Positions 21,214 through 30,486 of a stretch of DNA of 32,000 nucleotides are shown here, in pieces; position 1 is the first letter of the stretch, and each line of letters begins with the position of its first letter. The DNA lies in the NCBI RefSeq assembly GCF_000196555.1, contig NC_015067.1:1650001-1682000 (forward strand), read 5' to 3'. The notes beneath the pieces are model-generated. The model searched no databases and had not been told where the DNA came from. It was given only the letters and a program-made list of their open reading frames with translations. A program made the position numbers and the translations under genes. The DNA comes from Bifidobacterium longum subsp. longum JCM 1217. GTDB lineage: Bacteria > Actinomycetota > Actinomycetes > Actinomycetales > Bifidobacteriaceae.

Positions 21214-22236
21214 CTATTTTTTATCTCCGCCGACCGCCATCACCGCGCGCTGAAGCACAACGAAGACGAGGATCATGAGACCGATAACGATGGTGGTCCA
21301 TTCGGCCGGCACACCGAAGTCAGAGGTGAGCGGATCGAGGATGGAGCGGACCAGAGAGCCGAGCACGGAGCCGAGCACGTAGCCGAAGCCACCGGTGATG
21401 ATCGTACCGCCGATGACCACGGAGGCAACGGCGTCGAGCTCCCAGCCAACACCCACAGTGTTCTTGGCAGAGCCGATGTTTGCGGTGTACACGATCGAGG
21501 CCAGGGCGGCGAGAGTCGCAGAGGTCAAGTAGATGATGTACTGCGTGCGCTTGACCGGCAGACCCATGAGTTCCGCGGAGGAACGGGAGCCGCCGATGGC
21601 GTAGATGGTGCGTCCGGTGCGGGTATGGTGCAGGAAGACGTAGCCGAAGACCACAACCACCAGTGCGATGATCACGCCGACGTTGAAGGACAGATCGTTG
21701 GAGATCTTCGGATTGTCGATGATCTTGATCACGTTGGAGATGAACGAGAAGTCATTGCCCTGCGGGAAGGTCAGCGAGTCGGTGGAGATGATGGAGGCAA
21801 GACCACGGGCCAGGAACATCGTCGACAGGGTCGCGATGAACGGCTGCATGTTGAATTCCTCGATCAAGGTGCCGGCCAGCAGGCCGAACACAGCGCCGAT
21901 GAGCAGCATGATGATCATGACCAGGAAGGCGGGCACGCCGGCGTTCGCCAGCTTCAGGCCGACGACTGCGGTGATGGCCACGATAGCACCGACAGACAAA
22001 TCGATACCACCGGTCAGAATCGGCAGGGTCATGGCCACAGCCAGAATAATCAGGTAGGCGTGGTCAATGAACAGGGAGGAGATGAAGCCCAGTCGAATGT
22101 AGGTGCCGAACAACGCCTGACCCATGATGATCATCAGGATGAAGATCACCACGGCCGCGAGGGTCGGGATCATCTGACGATCGAGCTTGAAGCCCTTCTT
22201 GGGAGCCTTCACTTTGTTTGCCGTAGCTGTTGTCAT
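21214..22236 (-). CDS. fruG: Sugar ABC transporter permease (YjfF-like; second permease of the ytfQRT-yjfF-type operon)
   Basis: 340 aa, about 9-10 TM helices, ribose/galactofuranose-type permease. Its start overlaps the stop of the upstream permease gene by ATGA. The symbol comes from my memory of the B. longum NCC2705 BL0033-BL0036 fructose ABC transporter (FruE/K/F/G). Confidence 0.85.
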   Translation of the reverse strand: MTTATANKVKAPKKGFKLDRQMIPTLAAVVIFILMIIMGQALFGTYIRLGFISSLFIDHAYLIILAVAMTLPILTGGIDLSVGAIVAITAVVGLKLANAGVPAFLVMIIMLLIGAVFGLLAGTLIEEFNMQPFIATLSTMFLARGLASIISTDSLTFPQGNDFSFISNVIKIIDNPKISNDLSFNVGVIIALVVVVFGYVFLHHTRTGRTIYAIGGSRSSAELMGLPVKRTQYIIYLTSATLAALASIVYTANIGSAKNTVGVGWELDAVASVVIGGTIITGGFGYVLGSVLGSLVRSILDPLTSDFGVPAEWTTIVIGLMILVFVVLQRAVMAVGGDKK

Positions 22237-23303
22237 GCTGCCACCGCCTTAGCTTGAGCCTTGAGCGCGCGCTTGCGTTTCATATTCGCGCTCAGGTTGT
22301 GAATCTTCGGAGCCTGCATCACGCAGATCACAATCACAACGACGGCGAAGAAGGCCGGAGTTGCCTCGGCGTTGACGCCCAGGGTGATGATGGTCTTGCG
22401 GATCATGGCGATAATTACAGCACCGACAGCAGAGCCGGCGAGGGAGAACTTACCACCCAGCAGTGAAGTACCGCCGATGACGACTGCCAGAATGGCGTAC
22501 ATTTCGAGGTCCTGACCGGTCTTAACCACGTCGACACGCATCACGGATGCGGTGGCGAACAGACCAGCGATGGCCGCGAGGAAGCCGGAAATCGCGTAGA
22601 CGAGGAAGAGGATCTTCTTCGGCTTGATACCGGTCATACGGGAGGCTTCCTGGTTGATGCCCACGGCCTCAATCATCATGCCCATAGCGGTCTTGCGGCA
22701 CAGCAGGCCAACGAGAATCACAATGATAACGGCGATGACGAAGTTGGCGGGAATGCCCAGAATGAAGCCGTTGGCGAACCACTTCAGCGGTTCGTTGCCA
22801 GCAACTGCGGAGGCGTCGGTGTTCTCACCGGAGGTGATGACCTTGGCCATACCACGGCCGGCGAGCATCATAATCAGGGTGGTGATGAACGGCTGTAGGC
22901 CCAGGAAGGAAACCAGAGCGCCGTTGACGCAGCCAATGGCCAGACCAACAGCCAAGGCGATGAGGATGGAGAGCCACACGTTCATGCCATTGGACAGGGT
23001 CTGCATGGCGGCGGCACCTGCCACTGCCATAACGGAACCGACCGAAAGGTCGATACCGGCGGTGGAGATAACCAAGGTCATACCGGTTGCAATCATCAGG
23101 TATCGGGCAGATTCCTGGAGCATGGTGATCAGCGGGCCGGCCAGACCACCGGTGTTGCTGTTCCAGCTCAAAGCCAGGAAGTCATGCTGGAAGATGGTGC
23201 AGATGATGACCAGAAGAATGAATGCGACGATCGACCAGGTCAGGTTGCTGCTCAGCAGCTTCTTGACAAAGTTGTTGCCCTCGGCTTTTGCCTTTTCAGC
23301 CAT
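22233..23303 (-). CDS. fruF: Sugar ABC transporter permease (YtfT-like)
   Basis: 356 aa polytopic permease. It starts 1 nt after the ATPase stop (TGAGATG). Confidence 0.85.
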   Translation of the reverse strand: MAEKAKAEGNNFVKKLLSSNLTWSIVAFILLVIICTIFQHDFLALSWNSNTGGLAGPLITMLQESARYLMIATGMTLVISTAGIDLSVGSVMAVAGAAAMQTLSNGMNVWLSILIALAVGLAIGCVNGALVSFLGLQPFITTLIMMLAGRGMAKVITSGENTDASAVAGNEPLKWFANGFILGIPANFVIAVIIVILVGLLCRKTAMGMMIEAVGINQEASRMTGIKPKKILFLVYAISGFLAAIAGLFATASVMRVDVVKTGQDLEMYAILAVVIGGTSLLGGKFSLAGSAVGAVIIAMIRKTIITLGVNAEATPAFFAVVVIVICVMQAPKIHNLSANMKRKRALKAQAKAVAA

Positions 23304-23304
23304 C

Positions 23305-24846
23305 TCATGCCTCCTTTCCGGTGTTTACGTTGGTGTTAGCGATGGTTTCGACGATGGTCGCCTGAGAGACGGTGTCGTCGTTTTCGATTTCTGCGATCTT
23401 GTGGCGGTCCTTGAGAACCTCGATGTCGTCGGACAGACGCACGACCTCTTCAAGCTCGGAGGAGATGAAGACAACGCCCATGCCCTGAGAAGCCAGGTCA
23501 AGCACGACCTGCTGAATTTCAGCCTTGGCACCGATATCGATACCACGGGTCGGCTCGTCCAGAATCAGCAGCTCGGGGTGCGTGGCCAGCCAACGGCCAA
23601 TGAGCACCTTCTGCTGGTTGCCGCCGGAGAGATTCTTGACCGGGCGATCCGGGTCGGCGGGACGAACGTTGAGTTCCTTCATGTACTTGTCAACGATGGC
23701 GTCCGCTTCCTTCTTGGGAATCGGCTTGAACATACCGCGCGTTGCCTGCAGGGCGATAAGGATGTTCTGGCGGACGGTCAGGTCGCCGATGATGCCCTCA
23801 TCACGACGGTTTTCGGTGGAGTACGCGATTTTGTTCTTCAAAGCCGTGTACGGATCGGAGATGTTGACCTTCTTGCCGTTGAGCGTGTAGGTACCCGAAT
23901 CCGGCTTGTCGGCACCATACAGGAGTCGACCAAGCTCGGTACGACCGGAGCCCAGCAGGCCAGCGAAGCCAACGACCTCACCCTTGTAGATGTCAACATC
24001 AACCGGGTTGATGGTGCCCTTCTTGCCGAGGCCCTTGACATCGACGATCGGCTTCTCGCCAGGGGTGATTTCACGGCGAGCCTTCTTGGCACCAATCTGG
24101 GACAGCTCGGCGGCGGACTTACCAATCATCATGCCGATGAGTTCGTCGCGCGGGGTGTCCTTGGTCATGACCTCCTTGATGAACTGGCCGTTACGCAGAA
24201 TGGTCAGACGATCGGTAATCTCATAAATCTGATCGAGGAAGTGGGAGACGAAGAGGATGGCCACGCCCGAGTCACGCACCTTGCGCATGATCGCGAACAG
24301 GTCCCTGACCTCGTTGGCATCCAGCGAAGAGGTCGGCTCATCGAGAATCAGCACCTTGGCGTTGATAACCATAGCGCGGGCGATGGCGACCAGCTGCTGC
24401 ATAGCGATGGAGATGGAGCTCAGCGGAGTGTGCGGGTCAATGGATTCGAGGCCCATCTGTGCCAAATACTTCTTGGCGGCCTCGTGGGTCTTCTTCCAGT
24501 CGATGCCGAAGGGGCCGCGCTTTTCGTGGCCCAGCATCACGTTCTCACCGACGGAAAGGTTGGTGCACAGGTTCACTTCCTGATACACGGTGGCGATACC
24601 GGCGTTTTGTGCGTCGAGGGTGCCGTTGAACTGCTGAGGCTTGCCGTCCACCATAATGGAGCCGGCGTTGATCTTGTACACACCGGTCAGAGCCTTAATC
24701 ATGGTGGACTTGCCTGCACCGTTCTCACCCATCAGGGCGTGAACTTCACCCGGGTAGAGAGTCAAATCAACACCATCCAAGGCCTTGACGCCCGGGAATT
24801 CAATCGTAATGCCTTTCATTACGACGATGGGGTTTTTATCTGTCAT
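23305..24846 (-). CDS. fruK: Sugar ABC transporter ATP-binding protein with duplicated ATPase domains (YtfR/RbsA-like)
   Basis: 513 aa. GENGAGKST...LILDEPTSSLD in the first half and GLLGSGRTE...LSGGNQQK...LILDEPTRGID in the second half. Confidence 0.9.
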   Translation of the reverse strand: MTDKNPIVVMKGITIEFPGVKALDGVDLTLYPGEVHALMGENGAGKSTMIKALTGVYKINAGSIMVDGKPQQFNGTLDAQNAGIATVYQEVNLCTNLSVGENVMLGHEKRGPFGIDWKKTHEAAKKYLAQMGLESIDPHTPLSSISIAMQQLVAIARAMVINAKVLILDEPTSSLDANEVRDLFAIMRKVRDSGVAILFVSHFLDQIYEITDRLTILRNGQFIKEVMTKDTPRDELIGMMIGKSAAELSQIGAKKARREITPGEKPIVDVKGLGKKGTINPVDVDIYKGEVVGFAGLLGSGRTELGRLLYGADKPDSGTYTLNGKKVNISDPYTALKNKIAYSTENRRDEGIIGDLTVRQNILIALQATRGMFKPIPKKEADAIVDKYMKELNVRPADPDRPVKNLSGGNQQKVLIGRWLATHPELLILDEPTRGIDIGAKAEIQQVVLDLASQGMGVVFISSELEEVVRLSDDIEVLKDRHKIAEIENDDTVSQATIVETIANTNVNTGKEA

Positions 24847-24986
24847 GTCTTTGCCTTAAACGAGAATGAGATGTTATCGTTTTGTGATATTTGAGCCACA
24901 CATGAGTGATGGCGTGGAAGGAACATCCTTCTCACACCATCACATCAATTATTTGGTCCAGTTATCAATGAGTCGCAGCAGACTTA

Positions 24987-25970
24987 TCAGTAGGCGCGGG
25001 TGTTGTTGTCCAGGGCTTCCTTGGCGGAGGCGGCCTCGAAGGTCTTGGACTCGATCTCGATGTCCTTCTCAACGGTCTTGCCATCCAGATAGTCCTTGAC
25101 GGCCTGAGCGGTTTCCTTACCGAAGATCGGGTTGTACTCGATCACGTAGGAGAGGTCGCCATCAACAAGAGCCTGCAGAGCGTTCTTGGTACCGTCGATG
25201 GTGATGATCTTGACCTTGCCCTTGAGGCCGGCGGCGTCAACAGCCTGAGCGGCACCGAGGCCCATCTCGTCGTTCTGAGCGAAGATGAACTGCGGGTTGT
25301 CGGACTTGTACTTGTCGAGCAGACCAGCGGTCACGGTCTTGGCCTCATCAGTGGACCAGTTAGCGGACTGGGACTCAAGAACCTTGACGTTGGAGGCAAC
25401 CTTGTTGTCCCAACCAGTGCCACGATCCTTCACCACGGACAGGCCGGCAGGGCCTTCGAGGATGAAGCCGTTGGCGCCATCCGGGAAGTTCTTGTTCACG
25501 AACTCGGCAGCCTGCTCGCCGCACCAGACGTTGGACGGTCCGATGTGAGCAACGATGGCCTTCTTGGCCTCGGCGTCCTTGACGTCCACGTTACGGTCAA
25601 CGGTGAAGACCGGAATCTCAGCCTCAGCGGCCTTCTTCAGGGAGTCATCCCAACCGGAATCCTCGGTGGAGGACAGGATGATGGCGTCGACTTCGTCGTT
25701 AACGAACTTGTTGAACGCCTGAATCTGCTTCTGCTGATCGTTGTTCTGGGTCGGAGAGTAGGTCAGGTCAAAGCCGGCATCCTCGAATGCCTTCTGAATG
25801 TCCTTCTCGTTGGCGGTACGGAAGCCGCCCTCAGGACCGACAGCCACGAAGCCAACCGTCTTCTTGCCGGAGTCCGAGCTGCCACCTGCGTTGCTGGAAC
25901 CGCATGCGGCAACGCTGACAAGCGCAGCAGCAGAAGCAACGAGGGCAATGGCCTTCTTCCAATTCTTCAT
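24987..25970 (-). CDS. fruE: Sugar-binding lipoprotein of the ABC transporter (YtfQ-like furanose-binding protein)
   Basis: Lipobox LVSVAAC-GSS. The body aligns by eye with E. coli YtfQ (VGF..VG.E.G(W/F)R.A....I.K......G......QQKQ...I.....V...VDAI......(A)TGW......A..A.IPVF..DR..DVKD). Strong RBS GGAGGAG. Confidence 0.9.
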   Translation of the reverse strand: MKNWKKAIALVASAAALVSVAACGSSNAGGSSDSGKKTVGFVAVGPEGGFRTANEKDIQKAFEDAGFDLTYSPTQNNDQQKQIQAFNKFVNDEVDAIILSSTEDSGWDDSLKKAAEAEIPVFTVDRNVDVKDAEAKKAIVAHIGPSNVWCGEQAAEFVNKNFPDGANGFILEGPAGLSVVKDRGTGWDNKVASNVKVLESQSANWSTDEAKTVTAGLLDKYKSDNPQFIFAQNDEMGLGAAQAVDAAGLKGKVKIITIDGTKNALQALVDGDLSYVIEYNPIFGKETAQAVKDYLDGKTVEKDIEIESKTFEAASAKEALDNNTRAY

Positions 25971-26087
25971 AAATACTCCTCCTCGAGCAGTGTTTATTTT
26001 TTGGATGATCTTTCATCCTGTTTGGTGACTGTTCGTCATCGACAGCCTCTAGTATGACGCTCACAGGCCAAATGTTCAATCGCATGC

Positions 26088-26183
26088 GATAACAGTTTGA
26101 TAACAGGTTTATAACAAATTAATAACAGTGGTTCAAAAATGGCGTCGCAACACTGTTTTGCCTTGATAACAGACCAATAATAG
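26088..26183 (+). promoter_or_regulatory. Array of six 8-bp direct-repeat boxes (GATAACAG consensus) in a strict 11-bp register, upstream of fruE
   Basis: Boxes start at 26088 (GATAACAG), 26099 (GATAACAG), 26110 (TATAACAA), 26121 (AATAACAG), 26165 (GATAACAG) and 26176 (AATAATAG). Offsets are 11, 11, 11, 44 and 11 bp. The array lies 118-213 bp upstream of the fruE ATG. Confidence 0.6.
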
Positions 26184-26285
26184 TGATTGGTTGCGCAGCG
26201 GCAATGCCGCTCGCCAGCCGAGCGACAAAGCCGTTGCCTCATACAACAAGAAAGGTTATTATGAACACCGTTTTTCTTATACCAT

Positions 26286-28016
26286 CTACTGCGCACCGAG
26301 GGCAGTGACCTGGCTATCGGCGATGGTCCAGGAACCGTCGAGTGAGCCAGAAACGGAGCGAACAATACCCAAATCGTCCACAATGGCCAGGCGACGGGAC
26401 AGGCTAATCTGCCCCGATGCCATCGACGTTATGGTTCCATTAGGCAGACGCTGCGCATTGGCCGGGCCTGGTGCCATTTGACGCCATGCCTCTTGTTGTT
26501 CGCTGTTTCCCTCAGGAGGTGTGGTGGCGTACACCAGATTCAGATCGTTGTAGAACGTGAGCATGGTGACGTGTCTGAGCACACTCACTTGGGTGGCCGC
26601 TTTGCTCAGACCGCTCAGTGTTTTATCACCGTTGCGCGCCACACCGGTCATCATCACGCCGTTCGTGTCCTCGCCCTCGACTGCCAACGCCAATCGGCAC
26701 CCTTCCGGAGAAACCGCCAATGCCACAATGCTGTCGGCAGCGCCAAGCCAATCAAGCTTCAGATCGGTTTCCTTACCCCCATCTGACACATGCAATTCGC
26801 GCCCGTTCTCGGATACAGCCCATACTTCGCCATCCAGACCTTCGGTAATCGATCGCATCGACTCGCCGGAGAACATCACCCCACAGGACGCACCATCAGA
26901 TTTCAGGCATTCGACGACACCGTCCGCACGCAACACCGCACCGCCGGATGAGGAAAAAACGAAGCCCCGAGCATCGTCATATCCGGGGGCCTCCCCTACA
27001 CGCAACGGACTGGAGCTGGCCAGGGAAACGATATGCCCACCGGTCAACGTGTATACGCCCGCTGTCGGCTGCTCGGTAGTAAGTTTCACATTTGCGTCGG
27101 CATCAGAATAGTCCACTCCGTCGCCGGTAATCTTCAGCGCGTATTCGGCATTGCCGTCGCCCATAGTCAGACGGATGCGATGTACCAGCAGGCCTCGTTC
27201 TTCCTCATTCAACGCATTGATACCGCTGTTAAGGTGTATCTCCACCACATTGTTCTTCACCGGCACGCTGTCGACCGCGAGTTTGATGGTAGGCAAGCCG
27301 GTGCCTCGCAGCACTCCTTCCAACCAGGAGGGTGCATCCGAGAGTACTTCACCGACTGCCTGGGTGCGCCAGTTGCGCCAGCTCAGCCATCGAACATCCG
27401 GTATGAGCTGTTTGCCGGATGTGCTCACCTGATACACGGATACTTGGCGGAAGACTTGTTCAAAATCGGCGGTGGATATCACCACGCCGTTCTCCAACGA
27501 GGAGATGCGCCACTGGCCGCTTCTTTTAATCAAGATATAAGGAACTTTGCTGATCGTGCTGCTATCTGTCGGCGTATACACGCCATGCGAGTCCAGAGAG
27601 CCGACCACTTGGAGCTGTACTTCTACAATCAGCGAGCTCTCCGCCCCTTGCGGGGTACTCATCGTATTGGCACGGCGGCGGAAATCCGGCGTACCGCTGT
27701 AGACCAGTGCCGAGGAATCGCCATTCCATCCGGCCGACGCCGAACCGGTCAGAAACTCACGGGCCACACGGTAGCCATCGGACTGTACGCCGGCAGGCAT
27801 GGCATCATAGAACCCTTTGACGATGGTTTCCGGCTGCGCATCGTCCGCAGGTCCCTGAGGATTGGTGTAAACACGCTGAGTCTGCTGTTCCACCGGTGCC
27901 AGAGTCTGCACCGAGCCGCTAATCGGCAAACCGAACGGACTTGAGCATGCCGTCATCGTGACGCAACAGACTATGGCCGCGCCTGCGGCGGCAATCGTTC
28001 TGGTCACTCGTCTCAT
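26286..28016 (-). CDS. lpqB: LpqB-family lipoprotein (MtrAB accessory protein)
   Basis: 576 aa. Signal peptide plus lipobox VTMTAC-SS. It lies immediately downstream of mtrB with an ATGA overlap, which is the conserved actinobacterial mtrA-mtrB-lpqB order. Confidence 0.9.
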   Translation of the reverse strand: MRRVTRTIAAAGAAIVCCVTMTACSSPFGLPISGSVQTLAPVEQQTQRVYTNPQGPADDAQPETIVKGFYDAMPAGVQSDGYRVAREFLTGSASAGWNGDSSALVYSGTPDFRRRANTMSTPQGAESSLIVEVQLQVVGSLDSHGVYTPTDSSTISKVPYILIKRSGQWRISSLENGVVISTADFEQVFRQVSVYQVSTSGKQLIPDVRWLSWRNWRTQAVGEVLSDAPSWLEGVLRGTGLPTIKLAVDSVPVKNNVVEIHLNSGINALNEEERGLLVHRIRLTMGDGNAEYALKITGDGVDYSDADANVKLTTEQPTAGVYTLTGGHIVSLASSSPLRVGEAPGYDDARGFVFSSSGGAVLRADGVVECLKSDGASCGVMFSGESMRSITEGLDGEVWAVSENGRELHVSDGGKETDLKLDWLGAADSIVALAVSPEGCRLALAVEGEDTNGVMMTGVARNGDKTLSGLSKAATQVSVLRHVTMLTFYNDLNLVYATTPPEGNSEQQEAWRQMAPGPANAQRLPNGTITSMASGQISLSRRLAIVDDLGIVRSVSGSLDGSWTIADSQVTALGAQ

Positions 28017-29710
28017 AGCGGCCTCCCCATCATCGTGTCGCGGCGAACCTCATGATAATCATGTGTGACTTGGCTGGTGGCCACACCAAACCCACCGGTA
28101 ATACGCAGGTCATCGGGCGTTTCAGAAGCAAAATTCACCGGCAGTTCAGCGTCCGCCACCTCACCTTGGTCGGGGTCACGCGGCAGCAATACCAAGAACC
28201 AGGTGCCCTCCCCCACTGCCGAACGTACACGGATAGTACCGTGGTGCAGCAAGGCATCAGTCATGGCGATGGCCAAGCCCAATCCGGTGCCGCCGGTAAC
28301 GCGCGAACGTGAAGGGTCGCTTCTCCAGAATCGATCGAATACATGAGCGACTTTGTCTTCGTCGATACCAACGCCATAGTCGCGAACGCTGATGGCCACG
28401 GCTTTGCGGTTGGCCGCGACACGCACTTCGATCGGCCGGTCCTCAGCGAAATCGACGGCATTGGCCAACAGATTTCTGACGATGCGAATCACTCGACGCG
28501 AATCGATACGAGTCAAAACCTGCACATTGGGCAGATACGTGTGAATCGGCACCCGTTTGGCTTGGGCGATGCCGGCAACTTGGTCCACTGCCGTTTCAAT
28601 TGGTTCGCATAAATCGGTTTCCACAAGGTCAAGTGCCGCATAACCGGCATCGTAGCGGGAGATTTCCAACAGATCGGCGAGCATGTCTTGGAATCGACTG
28701 ATCTGGCCGGCCAACAGTTCGACCGTACGCTTGGTGGAGGGGTCGAAGCCGTCTTTTTTCATTTCGAGCAGGTCGGAAGCCATACGCATGGTGGTCACCG
28801 GGGTGCGCAATTCATGACTGACGTCGGACACAAATCGTTTCTGGAAAACGCTTGCTTCCTCCAGCTCATCAATCTTCTGGTTGAGCGCATCAGCCATCGT
28901 ATTGAAGGATTGCTGCAGCACACCAAGCTCATCCTTACGATTCACGGTAACGCGCATATCGAGATTGCCGGAGGCCAGTGTTTCCGAGGCCGCTGCCACT
29001 CGTTCAATCGGGCGCACGATGCCACGAATCACCAGCCAGATTACTACGCCCACCACGATGGACAGCAACGCACAGATGACCACCAGACTGAGCTGAATCT
29101 GCGTCAAGGACTGCTGCTGGAACGTGTACGAATAAATGGCGAAGAATTCGAGGTTGCCGGCCACGCCAAAGTCCAATACGGTGCCGAGCACCGCTGCGGG
29201 CGTCCCGCTGCCCGACATGCCGGAATCACCGGGAATTTCGACCGGCTGATAGAACACGCTGTCATCCAAGTCGGAGGCCACGGACGAACGGATGTCATCA
29301 GAAATCAGACTTTGATAGCTGGGTTCGGTGGATACGGGGATGATGGCACGCGAGTTGGTATCACGACTCCACAAATACACACCTATCAGGTTGGAGGGCC
29401 CCTCGGATTGCAACGAGGACGCCAAGTCATTGACCAGCTGCTGGATCTGCACTGTGGCGGAGACATCGGCCGCGTCCAGACTGGTTTGGGCCTGCTGCAC
29501 CATGTTTGAATAGTCGGCACGCGACTGCGAAGTGATTTGGGTAAGCAGCGAGGCGCGCACTGATACCATCGATACGCCAGAGAAGACGATGGCCACGGCC
29601 AGTGTAAGAATCACGGTGAGGGCCACGGTGCGGGCCTGCAGCGAGCGACGAACTTCAGCGCGTCCGTGGCGCAGCAAGCGTTTGAGGCTGAATCGAGGGC
29701 GCAGGTTCAT
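28013..29710 (-). CDS. mtrB: Sensor histidine kinase MtrB
   Basis: Two TM segments flank an extracytoplasmic loop. HAMP ([21 protein letters not shown]...), H-box SHELRTP, and HATPase N/G boxes ([24 protein letters not shown]). ATGA overlaps with mtrA and lpqB. Confidence 0.9.
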   Translation of the reverse strand: MNLRPRFSLKRLLRHGRAEVRRSLQARTVALTVILTLAVAIVFSGVSMVSVRASLLTQITSQSRADYSNMVQQAQTSLDAADVSATVQIQQLVNDLASSLQSEGPSNLIGVYLWSRDTNSRAIIPVSTEPSYQSLISDDIRSSVASDLDDSVFYQPVEIPGDSGMSGSGTPAAVLGTVLDFGVAGNLEFFAIYSYTFQQQSLTQIQLSLVVICALLSIVVGVVIWLVIRGIVRPIERVAAASETLASGNLDMRVTVNRKDELGVLQQSFNTMADALNQKIDELEEASVFQKRFVSDVSHELRTPVTTMRMASDLLEMKKDGFDPSTKRTVELLAGQISRFQDMLADLLEISRYDAGYAALDLVETDLCEPIETAVDQVAGIAQAKRVPIHTYLPNVQVLTRIDSRRVIRIVRNLLANAVDFAEDRPIEVRVAANRKAVAISVRDYGVGIDEDKVAHVFDRFWRSDPSRSRVTGGTGLGLAIAMTDALLHHGTIRVRSAVGEGTWFLVLLPRDPDQGEVADAELPVNFASETPDDLRITGGFGVATSQVTHDYHEVRRDTMMGRPL

Positions 29711-30429
29711 TGTTCAGGAGTGACGAACTTGTAGCCGATGCCACGTACGGTCTGCACGATTTGCGGGTTCTCGGGGTCGTCCTCCACTTTGGCCCTAAGG
29801 CGTTGAACATGCACATTGACCAGGCGCGTATCGCCGGAATTCTCGTATCCCCAGACATTCTTGAGCAGGCTGGAACGACTGATGGCCTCGCCGGCGGCGG
29901 CCGCAAGCATGAACAGCAGCTCGAATTCCATCGGAGTAAGATTCAGGTCCTTGCCATCCTTGGTGGCGGTGTGTTCCAAACGGTCGATGACGATGGATCC
30001 GCGTTCCAGATGGTTGACGTTTGCATTGCCACCGCTTGCGCCACCGGTGGCACCGTCTTCGGCGGCCGGCTTGGCGATGCGGAAGCGTGCATGGATACGC
30101 GCCAGCAATTCGGCCACTTTGAAGGGCTTGGGCACGTAGTCGTCGGCCCCGGCTTCCAAGCCGGCCACGACGTCAAGTGTGTCTGATTTGGCGGTGAGCA
30201 TGATAATCGGCACATTAGAGGTAGCTCTGATGCGGCGGGCCACCCCCGTGCCGTCCAGCCCGGGGAGCATAACGTCAAGCAGAATCAAATCGGGCTTGAC
30301 GATGGGGAACATTTCCACAGCCCTCAGCCCGTCCAGGCAGGTCACGGTCTGGAATCCCTCGTTTTCCAAAACAAGACTAAGCATTTCGCCGATGGCCTGA
30401 TCGTCGTCCACGATGAAGATGGTCGCCAT
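29707..30429 (-). CDS. mtrA: OmpR/PhoB-family response regulator MtrA
   Basis: Receiver domain (IFIVDDD...DLILLDVMLPGLDG...LTAK) plus a winged-helix output domain (LTPMEFELLFMLA...VWGY...RLVNVHVQRLRAKVE...IQTVRGIGYKF). The interdomain linker is unusually long and Gly/Ala-rich (AKPAAEDGATGGASGGNANV). Confidence 0.9.
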   Translation of the reverse strand: MATIFIVDDDQAIGEMLSLVLENEGFQTVTCLDGLRAVEMFPIVKPDLILLDVMLPGLDGTGVARRIRATSNVPIIMLTAKSDTLDVVAGLEAGADDYVPKPFKVAELLARIHARFRIAKPAAEDGATGGASGGNANVNHLERGSIVIDRLEHTATKDGKDLNLTPMEFELLFMLAAAAGEAISRSSLLKNVWGYENSGDTRLVNVHVQRLRAKVEDDPENPQIVQTVRGIGYKFVTPEQ

Positions 30430-30486
30430 GGTGTTTGTCTTCCCTTTCCCACTGTTATTGTTGCGTTACACTTTACTCCCCTATGT

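Noticed and set aside
21100-21252. ~50-codon TTG-initiated ORF behind the purine tract (SD-like AAGGAG at 21085-21090)
   Set aside because: It runs through two hairpins and into the antisense 3' end of fruG. The product is low-complexity. The purine tract is better explained as the U-rich tail of the minus-strand terminator region.
21169-22257. 362-aa ORF on the + strand
   Set aside because: It is antisense to the fruG permease. The product is Asp/Gly/His/Arg-rich with no domain-like content, so it is a shadow frame.
22624-24894. 756-aa ORF on the + strand
   Set aside because: It lies entirely antisense to fruK/fruF, which have unambiguous ABC motifs. Its translation is low-complexity (Gly/Asp/Val/Leu/His-rich) with no motifs. 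This is a typical shadow ORF in high-GC DNA.
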